A DNA stretch of 64,000 bases from an uncultured Clostridium sp. (GTDB lineage: Bacteria > Bacillota > Clostridia > TANB77 > CAG-508), in NCBI GenBank assembly GCA_958422985.1, contig CATZPY010000001.1:780-64779 (forward strand), given 5' to 3'. Positions 41,279 to 52,053 of the stretch are shown piece after piece. A program made the position numbers and the translations under genes. The notes beneath the pieces were generated by a model. The model was not told where the DNA came from, did not search any database, and saw only the letters and a list, made by a program, of their open reading frames with translations. Every line of letters starts with the position of its first letter. The first letter of the stretch is position 1.

Positions 41279-41740
41279 ATGCTTACACCATTAGATATAG
41301 AAAACAAGAAATTCTCAAAACAAATGGTTAATGGCTACAGTGTAGAAGAAGTTGACGATTTCTTAGACGAATTAACAAAAGATTATGGAAAAGCGTATAA
41401 AGAGAGTACAGAAGCTAAAAAAACAATAGATGAATTAACACAAAGTTTAGCACATTATAAAAATATAGAAGAAACACTACAAAGTACTTTGGTTATGGCA
41501 CAATCAACAGCTGAGGAAGTAAAAAATGTTGCAAGACAACAAGCTGAACAAATAATAAAAGATGCCAAAGGAAATGCACAAAAAGAAGCAGATGGTTTAT
41601 CACAAGAAATAAACCTAAAGAAAAAAGAATTAGATGATATTAAAAAACAATTTGATGTATATAAAGCTAAGATGGAAGCTTTATTAATATCACAATTAGA
41701 ACTTTTAAAAGATATAAATAAAGATGAAGATAATTTATAA
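41279..41740 (+). CDS. divIVA: DivIVA-family cell division protein
   Basis: MLTPLDIENKKFSKQMVNGYSVEEVDDFLD N-terminal lipid-binding domain plus a coiled coil. Confidence 0.92.
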   Translation: MLTPLDIENKKFSKQMVNGYSVEEVDDFLDELTKDYGKAYKESTEAKKTIDELTQSLAHYKNIEETLQSTLVMAQSTAEEVKNVARQQAEQIIKDAKGNAQKEADGLSQEINLKKKELDDIKKQFDVYKAKMEALLISQLELLKDINKDEDNL

Positions 41741-41747
41741 AATTAAC

Positions 41748-41782
41748 AAAAGACAAGTTTTGTTTTGCAAAATTTGTCTTTT
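41748..41782 (+). terminator. Intrinsic terminator after divIVA
   Basis: aaaagacaagttttg/caaaatttgtctttt stem (14 of 15 positions paired). Confidence 0.7.
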
Positions 41783-41882
41783 GCTGTCTTTATTACAGAA
41801 CTGTTAAATATATGTTACATTTATATTAATAATATTGACATATCTTTAATATTTAATAAAATATATGGTGTGAAGAGGTATT

Positions 41883-42437
41883 ATGAGGATTATAGGTGGA
41901 TTAGCAAGGGGAACAAAATTATATACATTAGAAGGAATAAATACTAGACCTACATTAGATAGAGTAAGAGAGTCTTTATTTAATATAATACAAAATAATA
42001 TAAAAGATTCGGTACTATTAGACTTGTTTTCAGGTAGTGGAGCAATTGGCTTAGAAAGCATAAGTAGAGGGGCAAGAAAAGCTGTATTATGCGATAAAAG
42101 CAAACAAGCAATACAAATAATAAGTAAGAATGTAGAAAAATTAAGAGTAAAAGAAAATGTAGAAGTGTTATGTATAGATTATGAAAAATATTTAAATAGT
42201 ACAAAAGAACAATTTGATTATATATATATAGACCCACCATATAATACAAATTACATAAGTAGTAGTATACAAATAATAAATGATAGAAATTTATTAACAG
42301 AAAATGGCATAGTGATAGCAGAGACAGATGAAAAAAAGAGAATAGAAGAAGAGATTAGCAAATTGAACATAAGTATAAATATTTATGATACTAGAAAATA
42401 TGGTAGAGCATGGTTAATATTTATGCGAAAGGAGTAA
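41883..42437 (+). CDS. rsmD: 16S rRNA (guanine966-N2)-methyltransferase RsmD
   Basis: MRIIGG...RPTLDRVRESLFNI...LDLFSGSGAIGLE...IYIDPPY. Confidence 0.9.
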   Translation: MRIIGGLARGTKLYTLEGINTRPTLDRVRESLFNIIQNNIKDSVLLDLFSGSGAIGLESISRGARKAVLCDKSKQAIQIISKNVEKLRVKENVEVLCIDYEKYLNSTKEQFDYIYIDPPYNTNYISSSIQIINDRNLLTENGIVIAETDEKKRIEEEISKLNISINIYDTRKYGRAWLIFMRKE

Positions 42438-42441
42438 GCGA

Positions 42442-42879
42442 ATGGAGATTTTCACATTATTAGAAACCCTAGAAGAAATATTAGATCAAAGTAAAAAAAT
42501 TCCATTTACAGATAAAGCAGTTATTGATAAGGAAGCTATATTAGAAATTATAAAAGAAATAAGACTAAAACTTCCAGACGAATTAAAACAAGCAAAATGG
42601 GTAAAAGAAGAAAGGCAAAGAATATTAACTGAAGCTCAAAAAGAAGCAAACGATATAGTAAAAGAAGCAGAAACAAGAATTATTTCTATGATAGATGAGC
42701 ACGAGATTACTAAAAAAGCATATGAACAAAAAGCACAAATTATAGAAACTGCAAATGAAATGTCAAGAGAAATATCACAAGGAACAAAAGAATATGCAGA
42801 TAATGTCTTAGGAAGTATTCAAGTTGCATTAGAAGATGCACTAAAAGTTATACAAAATAATAGAAAAGAATTAAAATAA
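42442..42879 (+). CDS. Hypothetical coiled-coil protein
   Basis: 145-aa helical, Glu/Lys-rich ORF after RBS AAGGAG. Confidence 0.6.
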   Translation: MEIFTLLETLEEILDQSKKIPFTDKAVIDKEAILEIIKEIRLKLPDELKQAKWVKEERQRILTEAQKEANDIVKEAETRIISMIDEHEITKKAYEQKAQIIETANEMSREISQGTKEYADNVLGSIQVALEDALKVIQNNRKELK

Positions 42880-43041
42880 TTGGAAGTCAGAGGTCGGTAC
42901 TTATTTTACTAATGAATACAGACATCTGGCTTTTTTGCATAGTAAGAAATAGGGTGAATGATAAGTTTTACATGAAGTGTTAATGTGAGATAAAAAAGTT
43001 TGCATTCACCTTTTGCGATAATAATAATTGGAGGGAATATA

Positions 43042-45456
43042 ATGGCAAAAGCAAAAAGAGCAAAAACTACAAGAAAGACATCAGGTAGTAGGGCTAATAC
43101 AAGAACTAGAAAAAAGAAAAATAATATAGATAAAAATTTATTAGTAGTTATTATGATAATAGTAAGTTTATTACTAGCTGTTTTAATATATACACAATCA
43201 GGTTGGATGGGAGAACATTTAAGCCCAATGCTTGGCGGAATAATGGGTTGGATAAAATATATAATACCAGTTGGAACATTATTTATTGCTATTAAAATAG
43301 CAACAGATGATAAAGAATATTTAAGCAAAAAAATGATAAATTATGTAATATTTTTAGTATGTATTGCATCAGTAATGATAATTGTAGAAATAAATAAAGG
43401 AAACTTATCTATGGCAATGCCTTCATCTGCATTTTTAGAAGAAGCATATGAATTAGGTAGAAACAATATTGCAGGTGGAGTTATAGGCGCAATAATTGCT
43501 TTGCCAGTATGCAAATTATTAGGAACAATTGGTGGAATTATTTTATTAGTAGGTATTGCAATAATAACATTAATAAATTTATTCGAAATAAAACCAGCAG
43601 AATTAATAGGTCTTTTCTTTGAAAGAATGAGAGAAAGAAGAGAATATGAAGAGGAAGAAGATGAGGAAGAAGAATACGAAGAAGAAGTAAAAAGTAATAA
43701 GAAAAGTGTATTAGTAGAAAAGAAAAAAGAGAAAGTAAAAAATAAGAAGAAAAATAAAGAAGAAAGCATAAAAGAAGAAATACCAATAGAAGAGCAAATT
43801 ACAATAAACTTAAACGAAACAGAGCCTAAAAAGAAAAAATTACTTCATGGTCAAGAAGACATAGATGTAAAAGAAAACAAACCAAATCAAATAGAAGCAA
43901 ATTTATTTAAACAAGAACAAGAAAAGAAAGAAGAAAAAACAAAAGAAGTATTAGTATTAGAACATGGTTTAACAGAAGAAGAAGAAAATTACGAATTCCC
44001 ACCAATAGAATTACTTAGCGAAGGTACAGCTAGGGTATTTAAGGGTGGTAAAAAAGCATTAACAGATACTGCTGCTAAATTACAAAAAACTTTATATAGT
44101 TTTGGAGTATCTGCAAAAGTAGAAAATGTTTCTGTAGGACCTGCTATAACTAGATACGAAGTTAAGCCAGCAGAAGGTGTAAGAGTAAATAAAATAGCAA
44201 ATCTTGCAGATGATATTGCACTTAGCTTAGCAGCAGAAAGCATAAGAATAGAAGCACCAATACCAGGAAAACAAGCAGTAGGAATAGAAATTCCAAATAA
44301 AGAAAACGAAGTAGTACATTTAAGAGATATTATAGAAACAGAAGAATTTGTAAATAATAAGTCAAAATTAGCATTAGCACTAGGAAAAAATGTTGGAGGA
44401 GAAGTTGTAATTGCTGATGTAGCAAAAATGCCACACGTATTAATTGCAGGGAGTACAGGTTCTGGAAAGAGTGTTTGTATAAATACATTAATTACAAGTA
44501 TATTATATAAAGCAAAACCAAACGAAGTAAAACTATTAATGGTAGACCCAAAAGTGGTTGAATTATCTGTATATAATGGAATACCACATTTATTAATACC
44601 AGTAGTAACAGACCCTAAAAAAGCAGCAGGAGCACTTGCGTGGGCTGTACAAGAAATGGTAAACAGATATAGTCTTTTTGCCAATAAAGGTGTAAGAGAT
44701 ATAAAAGGATATAATTCTGCAATAGAAAAAGAAGGTGGAACAGGTAAATTACCACAGATAGTAATTATAATAGATGAGCTTGCAGATTTAATGATGGTAG
44801 CTGCAAAAGATGTAGAAGATGCAATATGTAGATTAGCACAAATGGCAAGAGCTGCAGGAATGCATTTGGTAATAGCAACACAAAGACCATCTGTAGATGT
44901 AATTACAGGTATAATAAAAGCGAATATACCTTCAAGAATAGCATTTGCTGTATCTTCACAAGTAGATTCTAGAACAATATTAGATGCAGTAGGTGCAGAA
45001 AAATTATTAGGAAAAGGAGATATGCTATTTTACCCATCTGGTGCTTCAAAACCAACTAGGGTGCAAGGTTCGTTTGTATCAGATAGTGAAGTAGAAAAAA
45101 TAGTAGACTTCTTGAAGTTTAATGGTGGAGAAGCTAAATATAATGAAGATATTATAGAAAGTATTGAAAAAGCAAATAGTTCAGATCAAGAATTGGATAA
45201 AATCGAAGAGGAAGACGATACAGATCCACTATTAATGGAAGCAATAGATACAGTAGTAGAAACAGGACAAGCCTCTACATCTTTTATACAGAGAAGATTT
45301 AAAGTAGGTTATGCAAGAGCAGGAAGAATAATAGACCAAATGGAAGAAAGAGGAATTATTTCTGGATACCAAGGAAGTAAGCCAAGAGAAGTTTTAATAA
45401 CAAAAGAAAGATTAGATGAGTTAAAAATGGGAACTACTCCAGATGAAAATATATAG
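43042..45456 (+). CDS. ftsK: DNA translocase FtsK/SpoIIIE
   Basis: N-terminal TM helices, an acidic/basic linker, the motor domain (GSTGSGKSV, DELADLM) and a gamma winged helix. ATG at 43042 after GGAGGG. Confidence 0.95.
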   Translation: MAKAKRAKTTRKTSGSRANTRTRKKKNNIDKNLLVVIMIIVSLLLAVLIYTQSGWMGEHLSPMLGGIMGWIKYIIPVGTLFIAIKIATDDKEYLSKKMINYVIFLVCIASVMIIVEINKGNLSMAMPSSAFLEEAYELGRNNIAGGVIGAIIALPVCKLLGTIGGIILLVGIAIITLINLFEIKPAELIGLFFERMRERREYEEEEDEEEEYEEEVKSNKKSVLVEKKKEKVKNKKKNKEESIKEEIPIEEQITINLNETEPKKKKLLHGQEDIDVKENKPNQIEANLFKQEQEKKEEKTKEVLVLEHGLTEEEENYEFPPIELLSEGTARVFKGGKKALTDTAAKLQKTLYSFGVSAKVENVSVGPAITRYEVKPAEGVRVNKIANLADDIALSLAAESIRIEAPIPGKQAVGIEIPNKENEVVHLRDIIETEEFVNNKSKLALALGKNVGGEVVIADVAKMPHVLIAGSTGSGKSVCINTLITSILYKAKPNEVKLLMVDPKVVELSVYNGIPHLLIPVVTDPKKAAGALAWAVQEMVNRYSLFANKGVRDIKGYNSAIEKEGGTGKLPQIVIIIDELADLMMVAAKDVEDAICRLAQMARAAGMHLVIATQRPSVDVITGIIKANIPSRIAFAVSSQVDSRTILDAVGAEKLLGKGDMLFYPSGASKPTRVQGSFVSDSEVEKIVDFLKFNGGEAKYNEDIIESIEKANSSDQELDKIEEEDDTDPLLMEAIDTVVETGQASTSFIQRRFKVGYARAGRIIDQMEERGIISGYQGSKPREVLITKERLDELKMGTTPDENI

Positions 45457-45470
45457 GAAGGGTGGAAAAA

Positions 45471-47003
45471 ATGGCAAAAGAAAAAATTTTTTCTAAGCTA
45501 AAAGATAAAGATTACAATAATTTATTAGAACAAATTTTAGAGAAAAAAGATTTTTCTAGTACAGGTAAAAATTTAATATTAAGTGTTTTATATAAAATGG
45601 AAACAAACTATAATGACTATAAAATGGTTAAAAGAGATGTTTTAGGCAAAGACGAAGTTCTAAATAACTTTATAAATATTGTTAAAGAAAATTGCAAAAA
45701 TTTAATTATAGTAAAACCAGAAAGTATTAGAAGTGATATATTAAATAATGCGAACTCTAAATATATTGCAAATGTAGAAAGAAAAGAGTTAGAAGTTTTT
45801 CAAAATGAAAAATATGTAATGGAAGGATTATATAGTTTATATACTAACAAACATATATTAAGTGAAAAATATGGAATCTTAAAAGATGCAATTACAGAAA
45901 TTTTTATAAATGGAAACTCTAGCAATAATGTAGAATTGCTAAGAGACTTTAATGGATTTGCATGGTATATATCTTCAAATGAATTTGAAGATATATACTC
46001 TAATTTAATATTCCAGAATATTAGAATAATAGCAGGAAATGAGTTATTAGAAGAATGGTTACACAATAAAGATGATAAAAAAGATTATTTAAAAAAACTA
46101 AAACAAGAATTAAATAGAAGATATGAAAAGGACTTTGCAGAGAAATTATTTAATCAAATAATTGTAACAATATTAAAGATATATATAGAAAGAAACCCAA
46201 AAAGAATTAATGAACTAGAATATAATGAAGAAAAAGCAACTAAAAGCAATATAGAACAAATAACAAAAGAAAAGAAAGAAATATTAAGAAGAGTAGAATA
46301 TTTAGATAAATGTATAAATGATTCCGAAGAATTAAAAAAAGAATTATTAAATAATAATATAACTAGAAATGAAACTGAATTAAAGAAATATTTAATGGAA
46401 GAAAGAGAAAAATGTATAAAACAAATAATGGAATACAATAAAAAGTTAGATCCTAGACAACTTATAAAGCAAATAAAAAATAATAAAGTTAACAATGTTA
46501 ATATGTTTAATTATAAAGATGTTTTAGAAAATAGTGAAACAGCGCTAGGAGAAATAATAAAATTACAAAAGATGTTTTTAAAAGGGTATAAAATATTAGC
46601 AGAAAAATTGAGTGGCAAAAAAGAAGTATTAGAATTATTATATGAATTTAGATATTATAATTTAATTCCGATATCAAAAGAAGAATTATTAAAAGATAAT
46701 GATGAATTAAAAGCAGATATAGAAAGTGTACAAGAATTTTTAATACAAAAAGCCATGAATGAAAAGCTTATAAATGCGGTTAATTCTAATGAATATATAA
46801 ATAATGAAATATTAAAAAATATTTTTTCACTAAAAATAATTAAATTAGAAAATGCAGAAGTAAATTTAAGAATTACACAAACAGGAATAAGAGCAAATTA
46901 TTTAGATGGTGATGTTGAAGAAAAGTCAAAAGATATACCTATTTCAAATAGCATAGGTAAATTTAAGGTAAAGGAAAAGAAAAAAATAAAAATATTTTCA
47001 TAG
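45471..47003 (+). CDS. Hypothetical Lys/Glu/Asn-rich coiled-coil protein
   Basis: About 510-aa ORF tightly packed between ftsK and the beta-CASP gene. ATG at 45471 after AGGAAGGG (the track start is GTG 45462). Confidence 0.6.
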   Translation: MAKEKIFSKLKDKDYNNLLEQILEKKDFSSTGKNLILSVLYKMETNYNDYKMVKRDVLGKDEVLNNFINIVKENCKNLIIVKPESIRSDILNNANSKYIANVERKELEVFQNEKYVMEGLYSLYTNKHILSEKYGILKDAITEIFINGNSSNNVELLRDFNGFAWYISSNEFEDIYSNLIFQNIRIIAGNELLEEWLHNKDDKKDYLKKLKQELNRRYEKDFAEKLFNQIIVTILKIYIERNPKRINELEYNEEKATKSNIEQITKEKKEILRRVEYLDKCINDSEELKKELLNNNITRNETELKKYLMEEREKCIKQIMEYNKKLDPRQLIKQIKNNKVNNVNMFNYKDVLENSETALGEIIKLQKMFLKGYKILAEKLSGKKEVLELLYEFRYYNLIPISKEELLKDNDELKADIESVQEFLIQKAMNEKLINAVNSNEYINNEILKNIFSLKIIKLENAEVNLRITQTGIRANYLDGDVEEKSKDIPISNSIGKFKVKEKKKIKIFS

Positions 47004-47014
47004 GGAGGTAAATA

Positions 47015-48670
47015 ATGAAAATAACTTTTTTAGGAGCTACAAAAACTGTAACTGGTTCAAATTTTTTAGTAGAAGGAGCAGGAAAAAAATTTTTAGTAGA
47101 TTGTGGATTGTATCAAGGTAAAGCTACAGAAGAGTTAGAAAATGAAGAACCATTTGAATTTGACATAAATAGTATAGACTTCATGCTATTAACACATGCA
47201 CACATAGATCATTCAGGAAGAATTCCTAAATTGTATAAAGAAGGGTATAGAAAAGATATTATTGCAACAAAGGCTACATGCGATTTATGTTCTATTATGT
47301 TACCAGATAGTGGACACATACAAGAAATGGAAATGAGCTGGACAAACAGAAAAAGAATTAGAAAAGGAGAAACTGAATTAGAGCCACTTTATACAGCAGA
47401 AGAGGCAGCAAGATCTTTAGAATTATTTAAGCCTGTAAGCTATGACGAAATAATAGAAATTGATGAAAATATACATGTAAGATTTAATGATGCAGGACAT
47501 ATGCTAGGTTCTTCTACAATAGAAGTTTGGGTAAGAGAAAACGATAAAGAAGAGAAGATAGTATTTTCTGGAGATTTGGGAAACAATGACATACCACTAT
47601 TGAGTGAGCCAACAATGATAGAAGATACAGATTATTTAGTTATGGAATCAACATATGGTAGTAGACTACATATGAGAAATGATGATAAAGCAGAAATGTT
47701 TTTAAATATAGTTTCAGAGACCTTAGAACAAGGTGGAACAGTTGTTATTCCTTCATTTGCAGTAGGTAGAACACAAGAAATTTTATTCGAAATAAATAAA
47801 TTAAAAGATAAAAAAGATGATGAAGCATTTAGAAAAAAATATGAAGAACTAATGAGAGTGCCAGTATATGTAGACAGTCCACTTGCAATATCTGCAACAG
47901 AAGTTTTTGAAGATAATATGAACTTATTTGATGATGAAACTAAAGAATATATGCAAAAAGGGAATAATCCATTAGAATTTCCAGGATTGCAATTTACAAG
48001 AACTGTAGAGGAATCAAAAGCATTAAATGAAAGCAACGAATCTTGTATTATTATTTCTGCAAGTGGAATGTGTGATGTTGGAAGAATAAAACATCATTTA
48101 AAACATAATATATGGAATCCAAATAATACAATTTTATTTGTAGGTTACCAAGCACCTGGAACATTAGGTTATAGTATAGTAAATGGAGCTAAGAAAATAA
48201 AACTATTTGGAGAAGAAGTTGCAGTAAATGCAAGAATAGAATATATAGAAGGATATTCTGGACATGCAGACCAAGAAGGATTATTAAACTTTATATATTC
48301 ATTTTTAAGAAAACCAAAACACATATTTTTACTACATGGGGAGCCAGAAGGACAAGAAGTATTAAAAAATAAAATAATAGAAACAACAAATTTACCGGTT
48401 TCTATTCCAAATTTTGGAGAAACATACGAACTTACAGATACAGATGTAAGATTAGTAGGAAGGCATAGAAGAACAGAAAAAGAAGATAATAAATTTACAA
48501 AACTTGCTATTATAGATAGATTAAATTTATTAAAAGAAAAAATAGATGATATGGAAGACATAGTAAATTATGGACTATCAGATAGTAATATAGAAAATAG
48601 CCAAATAGACAATTTAAATGAAAAGATTAGAGAATTACAAAAACAAATTAATAGAATTGTAAATAAATAA
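47015..48670 (+). CDS. MBL-fold beta-CASP hydrolase (RNA-metabolising family)
   Basis: HAHIDHSG (HxHxDH), a beta-CASP region and a C-terminal H motif (GYSGHAD). It also has a coiled-coil tail. Confidence 0.85.
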   Translation: MKITFLGATKTVTGSNFLVEGAGKKFLVDCGLYQGKATEELENEEPFEFDINSIDFMLLTHAHIDHSGRIPKLYKEGYRKDIIATKATCDLCSIMLPDSGHIQEMEMSWTNRKRIRKGETELEPLYTAEEAARSLELFKPVSYDEIIEIDENIHVRFNDAGHMLGSSTIEVWVRENDKEEKIVFSGDLGNNDIPLLSEPTMIEDTDYLVMESTYGSRLHMRNDDKAEMFLNIVSETLEQGGTVVIPSFAVGRTQEILFEINKLKDKKDDEAFRKKYEELMRVPVYVDSPLAISATEVFEDNMNLFDDETKEYMQKGNNPLEFPGLQFTRTVEESKALNESNESCIIISASGMCDVGRIKHHLKHNIWNPNNTILFVGYQAPGTLGYSIVNGAKKIKLFGEEVAVNARIEYIEGYSGHADQEGLLNFIYSFLRKPKHIFLLHGEPEGQEVLKNKIIETTNLPVSIPNFGETYELTDTDVRLVGRHRRTEKEDNKFTKLAIIDRLNLLKEKIDDMEDIVNYGLSDSNIENSQIDNLNEKIRELQKQINRIVNK

Positions 48671-48682
48671 AGGAGAATACAA

Positions 48683-50638
48683 ATGAAAAGAAAATATCTA
48701 AATGATGCTATTATTGGAAATAGAAAAATGATTGCAAGTGTATCTAGTAAAGGAGAACTTTTACGATTATCATATCCTACAGCAGACTATAGACAATTTA
48801 TAGATTACTACGAAATGGGAGTAAAAGTAAATGATTCTATGCTTATTAAACTTCATGATGATATAAACAATACATATAACCAATACTATTCTACAGATAC
48901 AAATGTTTTAAATACAGAAATAGAAAATACATACTTTAAACTTAATATGAAACAAGAAGATTTTGTTCCAATGAAAAAAGATGTATTAATAAGAAGATAC
49001 ACATTTACTAATTATAACAAGATAGATTTAGAAGTAAAATTTTTAATAAATTCTAAATTATTTTCTAATTTAAACAATATGGTAGGTGTTAGAATATGTG
49101 ATAATGCAATGATACAATATAGTCACGATTTTGCAATGACAACATTTTCTAATATGCCAATATATAGTTACCAATTAAACAATGTAGAAGCTAATATTTC
49201 TTCAGGAGTAATAAATGATAAAGATTATATAGCAATGTCTAACCAATCAGCAATAGCATATGATTTAGGAATATTAAAACCAGGAGAAACAAAAGAATTT
49301 AATATATATATATATATTAATAAAAATTACAAAGTAGATGTATTAGATGATTTAATTAAAGAAATAGACAAAATAAAAGAATATGATACTTTAAAGTTAA
49401 TTACAGATACTAAAAACTATTGGAGAAGATATGTAAAGAAACATGAAACAATTAAAGTAAAATATGATGATGAATTATATAATGCTAAAATACAAAAAAT
49501 TTTAAGAAGAACAATTTTATTATTCCCACTATTAGTTAATGAAGAAACAGGTGGAATAATTGCAGCATTAGAAGTAGATGAGGAAAAAGATTTGTGTGGA
49601 AGATATGCATATTGCTGGCCAAGAGATGCTGTTACAATTTCGCAAGCATTAGATATGGTTGGTATGTATAAAGATGCAGATAATTTTTATAATGTTTTCT
49701 TGCGCAAAACACAAAGTCAAAATGGAATGTGGGAACAACGTTTTTATACAGATGGAAGGCTAGCACCATGCTGGGGATACCAAATAGACGAAACAGCAAG
49801 TGTAATAGCAGGGTTATACCAACATTTTAAAATTAAAGAATTTAGACTAAAAGAAAGAGATATAGACTTTTTAAAAGATAATTTAATTATGTGTGAAAAT
49901 GCAATAGAATTTTTGAAAAATTATATAGATAATCTTTTAAATGATAAAGAAATGGAAGAAAATTTACAAACTAAATACAGTTATTTAGATAGAAGCCAAA
50001 TATATAAACATGTAAGTTATGATTTATGGGAAATGAATGAAGGTATACATTTATATTCTTTATCTGCAATATATGCAGCTTTTGATGCTATGGGAAAAAT
50101 ATATGCAGAATTACAAAAAAGTAGTAAAAAATTTAAGATTCCGAAAGAATCTGAAAAATTAGAAGAATATAAAGAAATAATAAAAAAATATATTTTAGAA
50201 AACTTGTATGATGAAAAGCAAAATATTTTAAAAAGAAATACAAAAGATAGCAATATGGACATAAGTATAATGGGAGCAGTTACACCATTTAGAGTATTTG
50301 AACCAAATGATAAAATAATTCAAAATACAGTACAAAAAATTAATTTAACATTAAGAACATATACTGGTGGATATTTAAGGTTTGAAAATGATGGGTATAT
50401 TGGAGGTAATAACCCATGGGTAATATCTACAATGTGGATGTACATATATTATAGGTTAATTGGAGCCAAAGCAAATGCTGAGGAATGTTTAAAATTTGTA
50501 ATAGATACAGCAACACCTTTAGGCTTACTTGCAGAACAAGTAGATAATGAAGAAATGAAGTCTAAATGGGTAATTGGACTAGGATGGTCACATGCTATGT
50601 TTATATTAGCACTAGGATTAGAAGAATTAATGAAATAA
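48683..50638 (+). CDS. Glycoside hydrolase family 15 (glucoamylase/glucodextranase-like), cytoplasmic
   Basis: YCWPRDA and DLWEMNEG motifs typical of the GH15 (alpha/alpha)6 catalytic domain. No signal peptide. Confidence 0.8.
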   Translation: MKRKYLNDAIIGNRKMIASVSSKGELLRLSYPTADYRQFIDYYEMGVKVNDSMLIKLHDDINNTYNQYYSTDTNVLNTEIENTYFKLNMKQEDFVPMKKDVLIRRYTFTNYNKIDLEVKFLINSKLFSNLNNMVGVRICDNAMIQYSHDFAMTTFSNMPIYSYQLNNVEANISSGVINDKDYIAMSNQSAIAYDLGILKPGETKEFNIYIYINKNYKVDVLDDLIKEIDKIKEYDTLKLITDTKNYWRRYVKKHETIKVKYDDELYNAKIQKILRRTILLFPLLVNEETGGIIAALEVDEEKDLCGRYAYCWPRDAVTISQALDMVGMYKDADNFYNVFLRKTQSQNGMWEQRFYTDGRLAPCWGYQIDETASVIAGLYQHFKIKEFRLKERDIDFLKDNLIMCENAIEFLKNYIDNLLNDKEMEENLQTKYSYLDRSQIYKHVSYDLWEMNEGIHLYSLSAIYAAFDAMGKIYAELQKSSKKFKIPKESEKLEEYKEIIKKYILENLYDEKQNILKRNTKDSNMDISIMGAVTPFRVFEPNDKIIQNTVQKINLTLRTYTGGYLRFENDGYIGGNNPWVISTMWMYIYYRLIGAKANAEECLKFVIDTATPLGLLAEQVDNEEMKSKWVIGLGWSHAMFILALGLEELMK

Positions 50639-50659
50639 AAACTTAGAAAAAGGAGCAAT

Positions 50660-52018
50660 ATGAAAGCAAAAACAGTTTTTGTGTGTAACGAATGTGGATA
50701 TGAATCTGCTAAATGGCTAGGAAAATGCCCAGCATGTAATTCATGGAATACATTTTTTGAAGAAAAAATATCTACAAAAGTAGAAAATGGAAAAAAGGCT
50801 AAAAAGATTCAAGAAGGACCAAAGCCATTAAATAGTTACGTTGGGCAAGATGCCCAAAGAACTTCTACAGGATATAAGGAATTAGATACAGTTTTAGGCG
50901 GAGGATTAGTAAAAGGTTCTCTAGTTTTAGTAGGAGGAGAGCCAGGAATAGGGAAATCTACTTTAATTTTGCAATTATGTGACAAAATTAAAGGAGAAGG
51001 AAAGGTTTTATATGTTTCTGGGGAAGAATCTGCAGAGCAAATAAAATTAAGAGCAGATAGACTAAATATAAAAAATGATGATATTTTGTTTTTAGGTGAG
51101 ACAGATATAGATATTATAGACCAAAATATAGAAGAATTAGAACCAAAACTAGTAATAATAGATTCTATGCAAACTATGTATTCAGAAGAAATTAGTTCTG
51201 CGCCAGGAAGTGTAAGCCAGGTAAGAGAAATAACAAGTAGAGTAATGAAAAGTTGCAAATCTAGAAAAATTACAACTATAATTATTGGTCATGTAACAAA
51301 AGATGGTAACATAGCAGGACCAAGAGTTTTAGAGCATATGGTAGACACTGTACTATACATAGAAGGAGAAAGATATTTTTCTTACAGAATGGTAAGGGGA
51401 GTTAAGAACAGATTTGGTTCTACAAACGAAATTGGAATGTTCGAAATGCAAGAAAAAGGAATGGTAGAAATAACTAATCCATCATCAATATTAATTTCGG
51501 AAAGAGAAGACAACCCTTCTGGTTCGGTTGTTGTTGCAACAGTTGAAGGAACAAGGCCTTTATTAGTAGAATTGCAGGCTTTGGTAACGCAAAGTGTATT
51601 TGGTATTCCTAGAAGAACTGCAAATGGAATAGATTACAATAGATTAACATTATTAGTTGCAGTAATGGAAAAGAAAGCAGGGTTTATGCTAGGAAATCAA
51701 GATGTTTATCTAAATGTAGTAGGTGGCTTAAAAGTGAATGAACCAGCTTTAGATTTGGGGATAGTTTTAGCAACTGCTTCAAGTTTTAAAAACATAAGTA
51801 TTCCTAAAGGAATAATCGCTTTAGGAGAAGTTGGATTAACAGGTGAAGTTAGAACAATTAACATGATGGAAAAAAGGCTTAAAGAGGCAGAAAGATTAGG
51901 ATTTAAAAAATGTATAATACCAGAAAATAACAAAAAACTATTGAAAGAATCATATAAATTGGATATAATTGGTGTGAAAAATATTAACGAAGCCATGAAA
52001 GAAATTGGATTAAGATAG
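50660..52018 (+). CDS. radA: DNA repair protein RadA/Sms
   Basis: CNECGYESAKWLGKCPACNSW zinc finger, GEPGIGKST Walker A, KNRFG, and a Lon-like C-terminal domain. Confidence 0.96.
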   Translation: MKAKTVFVCNECGYESAKWLGKCPACNSWNTFFEEKISTKVENGKKAKKIQEGPKPLNSYVGQDAQRTSTGYKELDTVLGGGLVKGSLVLVGGEPGIGKSTLILQLCDKIKGEGKVLYVSGEESAEQIKLRADRLNIKNDDILFLGETDIDIIDQNIEELEPKLVIIDSMQTMYSEEISSAPGSVSQVREITSRVMKSCKSRKITTIIIGHVTKDGNIAGPRVLEHMVDTVLYIEGERYFSYRMVRGVKNRFGSTNEIGMFEMQEKGMVEITNPSSILISEREDNPSGSVVVATVEGTRPLLVELQALVTQSVFGIPRRTANGIDYNRLTLLVAVMEKKAGFMLGNQDVYLNVVGGLKVNEPALDLGIVLATASSFKNISIPKGIIALGEVGLTGEVRTINMMEKRLKEAERLGFKKCIIPENNKKLLKESYKLDIIGVKNINEAMKEIGLR

Positions 52019-52053
52019 TTAATAAGTTGGTTAGTAGAAAGGGTTGATTACAA

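Noticed and set aside
42909-43328. 139-aa minus-strand ORF, plus the 43000 start of the ftsK track ORF.
   Set aside because: It is antisense to the ftsK N-terminus. The real ftsK start is the ATG at 43042, behind GGAGGG.
43620-43960. Glu/Lys-rich repetitive DNA in ftsK (and similarly about 37300-37760 in mutL), as possible repeats or inserted elements.
   Set aside because: They are in-frame low-complexity linkers between conserved domains, which is typical for these proteins.
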